Shown piece by piece: positions 54,426 to 63,527 of a DNA stretch of 64,000 bases; position 1 is the first letter of the stretch, and the number at the start of each line of letters is the position of its first letter. A program made the translations under genes and the position numbers. The notes under the pieces are model-generated. The model was not told where the DNA came from. It did no database searches and worked only from the letters and a program-made list of their open reading frames with translations. The DNA is from an uncultured delta proteobacterium. GTDB lineage: Bacteria > Desulfobacterota > Desulfuromonadia > Geobacterales > Pseudopelobacteraceae. The stretch covers positions 467,710 to 531,709 of the forward strand of contig CAVYYZ010000002.1 in assembly GCA_963772835.1 (NCBI GenBank). Reading direction: 5' to 3'.

Positions 54426-56027
54426 CTACCCGAGAATCGCCTTGATATCTGCTTCAGCAGTCGTAATCGGTGCGATATTGAAGTTCTCAACAAGGAAGTT
54501 GAGGACGTTCGGGGTGATGAATGCCGGAAGTGTCGGTCCGAGCTTGATGTTCTTGATACCGAGGTGGAACAGGGTCAGCAGGATGACAACCGCCTTCTGC
54601 TCGTACCATGAGAGGATCATCGAGAGCGGCAGGTCGTTGACACCGCATTCAAAGGCACCGGCCAAAGCCACGGCGATCTGGATGGCGGAATAGGCATCGT
54701 TGCACTGACCGACATCAAGAAGGCGCGGAATGCCGCCGATGTCGCCGAATTCCAGTTTGTTGAAGCGGTACTTGCCGCAGGCAAGGGTCAGAATGACGGT
54801 GTCCTGGGGGAGTTGCTCGGCAAACTCGGTGTAGTAGTTACGGCCCGATTTTGCGCCGTCGCAGCCGCCGATCAGGAAGAAGTGTTTGATGGCACCGGAT
54901 TTGACAGCCGCGATAACTTTGTCTGCAACTCCGAGAACCGCATTGTGGCCAAAACCGGTCAGAATTTCCTGGCCGGGGTTTTCGGGAAGGCCGGGGAGTT
55001 CGAGGGCCTTGTTGATGACCGCCGAGAAATCCCAGCCGTCAACGTGCTTTACATCCGGCCAGGCGACCAGACCCCAGGTGTAGAGGCGGTCTTTGTAGCT
55101 GTCGGACGGTTTCTGAATGCAGTTGGTATTGAAGATGATCGCGCCGGGGAAGTGCAGAAACTCTTTGGCCTGGTCCTGCCATGCACCTCCGAAGTTGCCG
55201 ACCAGATGTGAATACTTTTTCAGACCGGGATACCCGTGAGCCGGCAGCATCTCGCCATGGGTGTAGATGTTGATCCCCTTCCCTTCAGTCTGCTTGAGCA
55301 GCTCTTCCAGCATCTTCAGATCGTGGCCTGTTACCAGGATAGCCTTGCCCGCCTTGGTGCCGAGCTGAACTGCGGTTGGGACCGGATGGCCGTACGCATC
55401 TGTGTTGGCCGCGTTGAGCAGGCCCATAACTGTCAGGTTCTGCTTGCCGCACTCCATGGAAAGACCGACGAAATCCATCAGTCCCAGATTGGCATCAGTC
55501 GATGCTGCCAGCGCTTTCTGGAAAAAGGCCATAACGTCATCATCGGTTCTGCCATGAATCATGGCGTGATCCATATACGCAGCCATACCTTTGAGGCCCA
55601 GGAGCAGTATTTCGATGATTGAGCGGATATCTTCATTGACGTGCAGGGTGCTGAGACCATGCGTTTCACCCTGGGCGGACATGCCGGCCAGATCGGCAGC
55701 CGGCTTCCAGTCGGCAACCGGACCGGACAAGGTCACTCCGGCAGCAGCCTTGGCTTTCTCTTTCAATTCGTAGCATTGTTTGATCAGTCCGCCGATGCGG
55801 GGAGCATCAAAATCCACGTTGGTGACGGTGGAGAAGAGACCTTCAATGGTAAAGCGATCGATCTCGGCGTTACGCCCCAGTTTGTCGGCATACAGCGCCA
55901 GGCTTTTCAGGCCGTACATCAGGTGATCCTGCAGTGCCGATACTTCGGGGTTTTTACCGCATACGCCGGAAATGTTACATCCTACTCCGTTTGCTGCCTG
56001 CTCACATTGATTACAGAACATACTCAT
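54426..56027 (-). CDS. hcp: Hybrid cluster protein (hydroxylamine/NO reductase)
   Basis: MFCNQCEQ..GC...GVCGK, YTHGEMLP, GGCDG, GQCND, SWYEQKA. Confidence 0.96.
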   Translation of the reverse strand: MSMFCNQCEQAANGVGCNISGVCGKNPEVSALQDHLMYGLKSLALYADKLGRNAEIDRFTIEGLFSTVTNVDFDAPRIGGLIKQCYELKEKAKAAAGVTLSGPVADWKPAADLAGMSAQGETHGLSTLHVNEDIRSIIEILLLGLKGMAAYMDHAMIHGRTDDDVMAFFQKALAASTDANLGLMDFVGLSMECGKQNLTVMGLLNAANTDAYGHPVPTAVQLGTKAGKAILVTGHDLKMLEELLKQTEGKGINIYTHGEMLPAHGYPGLKKYSHLVGNFGGAWQDQAKEFLHFPGAIIFNTNCIQKPSDSYKDRLYTWGLVAWPDVKHVDGWDFSAVINKALELPGLPENPGQEILTGFGHNAVLGVADKVIAAVKSGAIKHFFLIGGCDGAKSGRNYYTEFAEQLPQDTVILTLACGKYRFNKLEFGDIGGIPRLLDVGQCNDAYSAIQIAVALAGAFECGVNDLPLSMILSWYEQKAVVILLTLFHLGIKNIKLGPTLPAFITPNVLNFLVENFNIAPITTAEADIKAILG

Positions 56028-56127
56028 GTGTTTTTCCTCCCTTTCGATTGTCGAGCGATTAAACTCGTGTGGTGAGTTTTTTGTGATTTCGTGTTAAGAG
56101 GAATATACCATCTTTAAGAAACAATAC

Positions 56128-56141
56128 TTGACGGTTGTCAA
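56128..56141. promoter_or_regulatory. FNR/HcpR-type operator
   Basis: Perfect TTGAC-GGTT-GTCAA about 100 bp upstream of hcp. Confidence 0.7.
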
Positions 56142-56167
56142 AAAAATCACATTTAAAGGAGATCCCT

Positions 56168-57271
56168 ATGTCTAAAGTCTACTTTAGCGACATGCGCACA
56201 GGACACAAAGAAAATCTGTTCGACAAGATAGCAAAGCTATTGTCTCTTGCCGGCCTCCGGCAAGCGGTTGCCGAAGGCGATCTCACTGCGGTCAAGATCC
56301 ATTTCGGCGAAAAAGGAAACCACACGTATCTGCGCCCGGTTTTTGCCCGGCGGGTCGTGGAAGAGCTTAAAAAACTGGGTGCGCGGCCGTTTCTGACCGA
56401 CTCATCCACACTCTACCCCGGCCAGCGCAAGGAGGCTGTCTCTGCCCTGACCTGTGCGATTGAGAACGGTTTTGGCTATTCCTGCGTCGGAGCGCCGCTG
56501 GTTATCAGCGATGGTTTGCGGGGTGTTACCGAAACGGAAATAGGTATCCGGGGGGAACTGCTGAACAAGACCTACATCGGCACGGAAATCGTTGAGGCAG
56601 ATTCGATCGTCGCCATGACTCACTTCAAATGCCACGAACTGACCGGTTTCGGCGGCGCAATCAAAAACATCGGTATGGGGTGCGCCAGCCGGAAGGGGAA
56701 ACTGGTGCAGCACTCCACCGTGGCGCCAAAGGTGGCGGCCAAGGTCTGCATCGGCTGCGGCATCTGCCCGAAATCCTGCGCTCATGACGCAATTCTCATC
56801 ACAGATGGCAAAGCCGCGATCGATCCGGGCACATGTGTCGGCTGCTCCCGCTGCATCACGGTCTGTCCTGTCAATGCTATCAACATCCAGTGGAACGAAG
56901 CAGCCGATCTGGTCATGCGCAAGATGGCAGAATATGCCAAAGGGGCACTGTCCGGCAAGGAGGAGAAGTCGATCTACATCAGCTTCATCACCCAGGTTTC
57001 ACCCGCCTGCGACTGCTACGGCCATTCCGATGCCCCGATCGTCAACGACATCGGCATTTGCGCATCGACCGATCCTGTGGCGATCGACCAGGCGTGCGCA
57101 GATCTGGTCAACGGAGCGCGCGGCAACGAAGGATCTGCTCTGCAGAGCGGCCATGAGCCGGGCGGCGACAAGTTCCGCGGCTGCTGGCCGGAGATCCCCT
57201 GGGAGGTTCAACTTGAGCATGGGGAGAAGATCGGATTGGGGAGCAGGTTGTATGAGTTGGTGAGGGTATAA
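56168..57271 (+). CDS. DUF362 Fe-S protein with 2x[4Fe-4S] ferredoxin insert
   Basis: KIHFGE.GN, HFKCH..TGFGGAIKN.GMG, CIGCGIC..SC, CVGCSRC..VCP, CDC. Confidence 0.9.
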   Translation: MSKVYFSDMRTGHKENLFDKIAKLLSLAGLRQAVAEGDLTAVKIHFGEKGNHTYLRPVFARRVVEELKKLGARPFLTDSSTLYPGQRKEAVSALTCAIENGFGYSCVGAPLVISDGLRGVTETEIGIRGELLNKTYIGTEIVEADSIVAMTHFKCHELTGFGGAIKNIGMGCASRKGKLVQHSTVAPKVAAKVCIGCGICPKSCAHDAILITDGKAAIDPGTCVGCSRCITVCPVNAINIQWNEAADLVMRKMAEYAKGALSGKEEKSIYISFITQVSPACDCYGHSDAPIVNDIGICASTDPVAIDQACADLVNGARGNEGSALQSGHEPGGDKFRGCWPEIPWEVQLEHGEKIGLGSRLYELVRV

Positions 57272-57374
57272 CCGTTTGTGTTGAATACCTCTAAACGCTT
57301 GCTTTTTCTGGCCAACCACTCGGTAAGGGCCTTCTGAGGCCTAAGGGGGTGGGTTGAGGAATACTTATTAAACA

Positions 57375-58784
57375 TCAGAAATCCAGAGGGCTCCTCGCTT
57401 CCTTAATCGTCCGGACCGGCACACAGTGGGTGTAGATCATGGTGGTTTTCAGGCTTGAGTGGCCAAGCAATGTCTGAATGGTTCGAATGTCGTAATTGGC
57501 TTGTAGCAGGTGGGTTGCAAAAGAGTGGCGGAAGGTGTGGGCGGTGACTTTTTTGGGAATTTTCGCCTTTCGGACGGCGTGATAGAGCGCACCTTGGAGT
57601 TGGGATTCATGAAGGTGATAGCGCCGATGCTCACCGGTTTCCTCCACCATAGTCAGCGACTGTTGCGGAAAAACCCACTGATACATGAATTCCTTCGAAG
57701 CGTTGGGATATTTCTTTTCAACGGCATCATCCAGAAACACACCGTCGTATCCTGCCGCCAGATCCTCATCATGCTGCTTTGCCACCTTTCCTATCTGCAC
57801 CTTCAACTCCTGCGTTATCGTCTCCGGAATCGGCACAGTACGATCCTTTTTCCCTTTGCCATGCACTAACAGTTTACCGTCATCGAAGTTGAAATCCCCC
57901 ACTCGCATCTGCAACCCTTCAAACAGCCGCAGACCACAACCGAACAGCACTTTTACAAAGAGATTGTACGGGTGGTAGAGCTGTTTCAGTATTGCATCAA
58001 TCTCCGGCATAGAGAGCACCATCGGAATATAGAGCGACTTCTTTGCCCGTGGCACGTCCTTGAGAATACCGAATTCCCGTTTCAAGGCATGGCGAAAGAG
58101 AAACAGGAGAGAATTGAAGGCCTGATTCTGGGTAGATGCGGCAACCTTGCATTTCACAGCCAGGTACGTCAGATATTCCTTTACGTCGGCAGTTGATAGT
58201 TCCTGTGGTGACTTGTTTTTCAGAAAGCGCTGAAACTGACGTGACCAGTGAGCGTAGGTTTTGAGGGTCTTGCGGGAATAGTGACGAACCTTTATCTCGT
58301 CGGCCAGAGCAGCCAACAAGGCATCCCATTCCGGCGAATCGGATTTTTCCTCATATCCGGCTACGGAATATTGAGATTGTCGTTGTTTGAAAGCATGAGG
58401 CGGGGACATTTGCGCATACAGCTTCGGCAATAACGGCGGATCTACCTCTGGCTCTACGCTCGTGCCTTGCTGAAGCGATAACTCTTTAGCTGGCATTACC
58501 CGCTGAATCTCCTGATTTTGCATTTCAAAATAAAGTGAAATAGCATGGGCGGCCTGCTGGCACTGTACTGATGTCTGTTTCCTGCTTCGCAGCTTTTCCA
58601 GAAAAAGTTTCACCTTCTCAGGTTTATCGTCAATATCCAGATAATTGGCACAAAAATCATAAAAATACCGCAGCCACTTCTTGTAATACTCAATGTGATG
58701 TGGCGGTATCTCACGACTCGCAAGGGTAGCTACGTAATCATTCATAACAGGATGTGGAACGGGAATCATCTGTATCAACTCCAT
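57375..58784 (-). CDS. intI: Integron integrase with N-terminal extension
   Basis: RHYSRKT..TY..W, STQNQAF, GLR, GKG.KDR, integron-specific insert KYPNA...WVFP...RRYHLHE, HTFRHSFATHLL, LLGH, TMIYTH; start 58784 or 58769. Confidence 0.92.
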   Translation of the reverse strand: MELIQMIPVPHPVMNDYVATLASREIPPHHIEYYKKWLRYFYDFCANYLDIDDKPEKVKLFLEKLRSRKQTSVQCQQAAHAISLYFEMQNQEIQRVMPAKELSLQQGTSVEPEVDPPLLPKLYAQMSPPHAFKQRQSQYSVAGYEEKSDSPEWDALLAALADEIKVRHYSRKTLKTYAHWSRQFQRFLKNKSPQELSTADVKEYLTYLAVKCKVAASTQNQAFNSLLFLFRHALKREFGILKDVPRAKKSLYIPMVLSMPEIDAILKQLYHPYNLFVKVLFGCGLRLFEGLQMRVGDFNFDDGKLLVHGKGKKDRTVPIPETITQELKVQIGKVAKQHDEDLAAGYDGVFLDDAVEKKYPNASKEFMYQWVFPQQSLTMVEETGEHRRYHLHESQLQGALYHAVRKAKIPKKVTAHTFRHSFATHLLQANYDIRTIQTLLGHSSLKTTMIYTHCVPVRTIKEARSPLDF

Positions 58785-58928
58785 TCACAACGAGATTAGC
58801 AGAACGATACTATCCATACCGTGTAAATTTAATAACGTCAACTGAGGAAAGCTTATAAATAAGTTTCTAATTCGCTGCAACTATGCTAATGAAATTGCCA
58901 TAAATTATGTAGGTTTTCCGGAGTCTTA

Positions 58929-59303
58929 ATGAAAACGCGGGTAAATTTGAAGCCGGGACAAAAAGGGACAAAGAGATTAGTGGAGCAGTACGGCGATGCT
59001 CTGGTTTGTGTCCGCTATCGCTATGATGCAAAAGCACAAAAGCAGTATAAAACCGTGGAAATTATCGTCAGCGAAAGTGAATGGACACCGCCTCCTGCCA
59101 AGTACCCTGATGGTGAATTGGTTCACCTTAAAATCGGCATCAATGAAACTGTTTTACAGGCACAGGCGAGAGCTGTCGGCGGGCGATGGGATAAAGACCA
59201 GCGTGTCTGGTTTGTACCTTATGGATGTATTGCCGGAACAAAGCTGGAAAAGCTTATAGTAGTAGAAACCTCCGTGACTGTCATAAAAGCGGATAGCTTA
59301 TAG
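58929..59303 (+). CDS. Small hypothetical protein lying between intI and attI
   Basis: 124-aa ORF with GGAG RBS; LKPGQKGTKRLV..YGDALVCVRYRYD...GGRWD....W. Confidence 0.8.
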   Translation: MKTRVNLKPGQKGTKRLVEQYGDALVCVRYRYDAKAQKQYKTVEIIVSESEWTPPPAKYPDGELVHLKIGINETVLQAQARAVGGRWDKDQRVWFVPYGCIAGTKLEKLIVVETSVTVIKADSL

Positions 59304-59422
59304 ATGTAGAAACATATGGAATCGGCGTAAGCTCCGTAAGTTTATAGTTATAGAAACTTACTGGGTTTATAGATATATAAGCTTACTTCTAGTACTATAA
59401 ACATGCTTATGCATATATAAAC
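59252..59422. repeat. Array of six imperfect 18-bp palindromes GYTTMTA-N4-TAKAARC
   Basis: Copies start at 59252, 59296, 59340, 59365, 59385, 59405. Confidence 0.85.
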
Positions 59423-59426
59423 TCGG

Positions 59427-59453
59427 TACTAACCGGTGATGTACGAGTTGGCA
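59427..59453 (+). other. Putative attI site (crossover G/TT at 59447-59448)
   Basis: GTTGGCA precedes the first cassette gene and is the exact reverse complement of the attC R'' TGCCAAC at 60772. Confidence 0.6.
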
Positions 59454-59494
59454 AGTAGAAACTCCAATATACAGACTGATATCAGGAGATTTTT

Positions 59495-59893
59495 ATGAAC
59501 ACAGATGAGTTGGTAATTCGAGCACTTTTGGACGAGTGGGCTCGCTCTACGCGGGAAGGCAAACTGGATGAAGTCCTCTCAAACCACGACGATAATGTTC
59601 TGATTTACGACGTTTTACCACCAATGAAATACGATTCAGCCGCTGCATATAGGGAGAGTTGGGATGAGTGGCAACCGGACGCACAAGGCGAAATGCGCTT
59701 TGAACTTGAAAACGTGTCAGTAACTACGGGAGCCGACGTAGCCTTTGCTCACGGAATCCTCCAATGTGGCGGCACCTTACCGGACGGCAATACATTTCGA
59801 GATACTGTCCGTGCTACGTTCTGCCTTCGCAAGATCGGTACTCAGTGGAAGGTCTTTCACCAGCACATATCGAAGCCCTATGACATTCGGTAA
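59495..59893 (+). CDS. SnoaL/NTF2-like (YybH family) cassette protein
   Basis: YDVLPP..Y, VAFAHG, RATFCLRK...WKVFHQHIS.P; AGGAG RBS. Confidence 0.85.
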   Translation: MNTDELVIRALLDEWARSTREGKLDEVLSNHDDNVLIYDVLPPMKYDSAAAYRESWDEWQPDAQGEMRFELENVSVTTGADVAFAHGILQCGGTLPDGNTFRDTVRATFCLRKIGTQWKVFHQHISKPYDIR

Positions 59894-60015
59894 TGCATTC
59901 ACTATGAGGAAAATATGTTCGTATTTCGGCCAATATTAATAAGGAGATTCACCAGAAGTCCTTCTTACTATGATGCTCTTGAAGCCTGAGAAGAAGTCTG
60001 TTGAAATGAAGACGA

Positions 60016-60072
60016 TCCCAACACTTACGACCCACTCAAGAAACCGGTGGGTCAAAGCCATGCCCGTTGGAG
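60016..60072 (+). other. Degenerate attC site
   Basis: TCCCAAC ... GACCCAC/GTGGGTC stem ... GTTGGAG, 10 nt before the next ATG; left arm looks shortened. Confidence 0.5.
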
Positions 60073-60082
60073 AAACTCAGTC

Positions 60083-60676
<594 letters not shown>

Positions 60677-60680
<4 letters not shown>

Positions 60681-60769
60681 ATATTCGGGTAACAGCGAAG
60701 CAACTCGGAGTTGATGAGTCGCAAGTCACACTTAATGCAAAATTTATTGACGATCTTGGTCTATGCTGA
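60677..60769 (+). pseudogene. Acyl carrier protein-like fragment (30 aa)
   Basis: [30 protein letters not shown], matching ACP QLGV..SQV...A.FIDDLG but ending before the DSL motif. Confidence 0.55.
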
Positions 60770-60771
60770 AG

Positions 60772-60829
60772 TGCCAACCAGACAGAAGCAGCGGCCAAAA
60801 ACCGCCGCTGTTCTGCCAAACCGTTGAAC
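60772..60829 (+). other. attC site
   Basis: R'' TGCCAAC; CAGAA(G)CAGCGG / CCGCTGTTCTG stem with one unpaired base; R' GTTGAAC. Confidence 0.8.
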
Positions 60830-60901
60830 GACAAGAGAAAGACCCCATCTTGGTTGGTGTTCAAAGGTGTCCACAGAGGGTCGCTAAAAGGAGGAGAATT
60901 T

Positions 60902-62350
60902 ATGAGGAGTTTATGGTCGTTTGTCAGTGCTGTTAATTTTGTCGTAATTTGTCTTGTTATTGTTTCTGTTTCCGGGTGTGCCACTCCGGCAGCGAAAGCG
61001 GTAAAACGCGGTGATGAATTACTCACCACAAAAAATTATTATGGTGCATCAGAAGAATATTTAACGGCATTACGATTGGAGTCAGACAACAAAGATGCAA
61101 AATTGAAGCTCTGTCAGACAGCAAACCAAGCATATAACCAGAAGCTTGAAACAGCCGTCAATTTTGAACGCTCATCAGATTTTGAATCTGCTCTGTCGCA
61201 ATACACGGACCTCGCTGAATTTATCAACAAATCCAATTTGTTTAGTTGCTTGAGCGTGAAAACCATCGACGCAAAACAGAAAATTGCCGAAATGAGATCA
61301 GGAGCATCTGAAAAATATTATAAAGATGCGGAGAAATATTTTAGTAGCTCGGACTATAGTAATGCCATTAATAGCTACCAAGAAGCATTAAAGCATAACG
61401 ATCCATATAAAGACTGTAAAAACAAGATGGCTGAATCAAATTACAGATTAGCCCAGGCTCAAGTGAAAAGTAATAACAATCGCGAAGCCGCCGACTACTT
61501 CACTAAAGCAAACAATATCGTTGAAGGTTATAAGGATGCCACCACATTAGCTACTAAATACAAGGGCATTGCTGATGAGAAGGACGCACAAAGTCATTAT
61601 GACAAAGGCGTTACATTAGCAAAGTCTGAAAATTATAGAGATGCATCTGAACAATTCGAAAAAGCAACATCTTTTGTCGCTACATTCAAAGATTCGCAAT
61701 CATTGGCAATTAAATATAAAGCTAAAGCTGATGAGAAGGATGCAGTGTCACATTTTGAGCAAGGGATGAGCTTAGTAAAAACAGGAAGTTTTAGAGAAGC
61801 GGCGGAACAGTTTGAAAAATCAAATTCGTTTGTCAGTAATTTTAAGGATTCGCAATCATTATCGAGCAAGTACAAATCATTAGCAGACGGAAAAGACGCT
61901 CAATCACACTATGAAAGCGGCCAAGCTTATTTGGCAAAAAACAATTTTGCTGAGGCAGAAAAAGAATTCTTGGCGGCTGACGGTTTTATCAAAGGCTACA
62001 AAGATGCCGTTGCACTTGCTGAAAAAGCAAGAAATGCTATGCCAAATGACAATCAAGTTGCTAGTGCAGTTCAGCGAGCTTTACAAAAAGAAATCCCAGT
62101 ATCCTGGGTTGGGAACCTTGGTGGTGGTAGAAATGCCCAGTTGAGCGCTGTCAATGTACAGAAGATAGGAATTTATAATGATAGGGAAAGATACTGGCCT
62201 ATGCGTATTCGTGTCGCAGGGAAGTGCTTGTTGAATGATCCTTTTAATCAAGGGAAGGTTGTTTCTTTCGATAAGATAGCAGACTTCGTTTTAGTAAGAG
62301 ATGATTACGGTGATTGGCAGGCCTCTATGCGGGGAGGCATGTTCCAATAA
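60902..62350 (+). CDS. TPR-repeat lipoprotein with a C-terminal domain of unknown function
   Basis: Lipobox VSGC; 52-aa repeats at 61571, 61727, 61883; AT-rich; AGGAG RBS. Confidence 0.85.
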   Translation: MRSLWSFVSAVNFVVICLVIVSVSGCATPAAKAVKRGDELLTTKNYYGASEEYLTALRLESDNKDAKLKLCQTANQAYNQKLETAVNFERSSDFESALSQYTDLAEFINKSNLFSCLSVKTIDAKQKIAEMRSGASEKYYKDAEKYFSSSDYSNAINSYQEALKHNDPYKDCKNKMAESNYRLAQAQVKSNNNREAADYFTKANNIVEGYKDATTLATKYKGIADEKDAQSHYDKGVTLAKSENYRDASEQFEKATSFVATFKDSQSLAIKYKAKADEKDAVSHFEQGMSLVKTGSFREAAEQFEKSNSFVSNFKDSQSLSSKYKSLADGKDAQSHYESGQAYLAKNNFAEAEKEFLAADGFIKGYKDAVALAEKARNAMPNDNQVASAVQRALQKEIPVSWVGNLGGGRNAQLSAVNVQKIGIYNDRERYWPMRIRVAGKCLLNDPFNQGKVVSFDKIADFVLVRDDYGDWQASMRGGMFQ

Positions 62351-62389
62351 GTCATTTGCAGCAACAAATTCAATAATCACGGAGAACGT

Positions 62390-62770
62390 ATGAATAAATT
62401 CCTTAATGGCTTCATTGCGGTATTAATATTATTTGCTTTCACTTCCGTAGCCATTGCCGCACCAAAAAGACCGACAGGTGAACAAGTTACGGAAGCAATT
62501 ACAAAATCTTTAAAAAAATATGTACCTGTTCAGTGGGTTGGCAATCTTGCGGGTGGCCATCTAATCAAGCTGAAAGAGCTGAAGGTTGTGCGAGCAGGCA
62601 ATTATAACAATGAGAAAAGATACTGGCCAGTCCAAGTTCAATGTGTTGGGATAGCTGGACTGAATGATGTCTTTAATCAAGGAAAGCAAGTCAACTTCGA
62701 CAAAGTAGGTGATTTTTTGGTTCACCAAGATGATTACGGAGACTGGCAAGCAGAATTACGTGACAATTAA
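62390..62770 (+). CDS. Secreted protein paralogous to the C-terminal domain of the upstream TPR protein
   Basis: Signal peptide ending AIA; shares PV.WVGNL.GG, RYWP, LND.FNQGK, DDYGDWQA. Confidence 0.85.
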   Translation: MNKFLNGFIAVLILFAFTSVAIAAPKRPTGEQVTEAITKSLKKYVPVQWVGNLAGGHLIKLKELKVVRAGNYNNEKRYWPVQVQCVGIAGLNDVFNQGKQVNFDKVGDFLVHQDDYGDWQAELRDN

Positions 62771-62919
62771 TCAAGTGCGAATCAAAGGCAGGCTACTTTT
62801 GAGTGGAGTTAAAATAAAGTAGCCTGTTCTTTTATTTTAGTAATTGAGAGGAATGAACCAACAGGGGCAGACCTACGCATTTTACAAAACCAGATAAACC
62901 AACGGCGAGAACACCGAAT

Positions 62920-62989
62920 ATTCAACCAACGGCAGCACCGGTCAGCGGGAAAAAGCCCCGCCGAGCCGGTGTGCCTTATCACGTTGGTC
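62920..62989 (+). other. attC site
   Basis: R'' ATTCAAC; GGCA(G)CACCGG / CCGGTGTGCC stem; R' GTTGGTC. Confidence 0.78.
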
Positions 62990-63116
62990 AAAGGCAGAAA
63001 AGGCGGAACAGGCTGGAGTGGCGGCATTTCGTGGCGGTGGTGGCTGAACGGGAAAAGTAAATCGAGGAGTATGGCGGTCTGCTGGCGGAGTCGCCTTGAG
63101 TTAGGACATAATTGAT

Positions 63117-63527
63117 ATGTGGGTAAAGAGATCACAACAGGAAATAGATATTCAATTTCGAAAATCAAAGAAGCGCAACGCTATAATGTTGATTCTTTTG
63201 GGCGCACTGATAGTCCCTATTTTTGCTTTCCTTAAACCGAAAAGTTCTGGTGGAAATGTTTTTGATAGTATTGAAGGTGCAATTGATCGCCTTTGGTGGG
63301 TTCTCCCCCTCGTCATCATTTGCTTGTATCTGCAATACAGATCCGACTTAAAAAAGAAGACTTTGTTTTGTCCATCATGTGAAAAGACCTTTGAGAACAA
63401 CAGGAATAAACTTTGTGTTTGTGGAAGAGAACTTGATTTTTTTGAATATTACAAATGGGAAGAAAAGCCTAACAAGGCCGCTAGATCTATGACCCCGGAT
63501 AGGTCAGCCCTTGACACGAGACAATAG
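63117..63527 (+). CDS. Small membrane protein with C-terminal Cys pairs (cassette gene)
   Basis: Two TM helices, CPSC...CVC; AT-rich. Confidence 0.65.
   Translation: MWVKRSQQEIDIQFRKSKKRNAIMLILLGALIVPIFAFLKPKSSGGNVFDSIEGAIDRLWWVLPLVIICLYLQYRSDLKKKTLFCPSCEKTFENNRNKLCVCGRELDFFEYYKWEEKPNKAARSMTPDRSALDTRQ

Noticed and set aside
57310..57360. attC downstream of intI (GGCCAAC...GTTGAGG)
   Set aside because: Lacks L boxes with an extrahelical base; better explained as a hairpin between convergent genes
59252..59462. CRISPR array interpretation of the repeats
   Set aside because: Units are degenerate 18-bp palindromes with 2-26 nt gaps; no constant-length unique spacers and no cas genes
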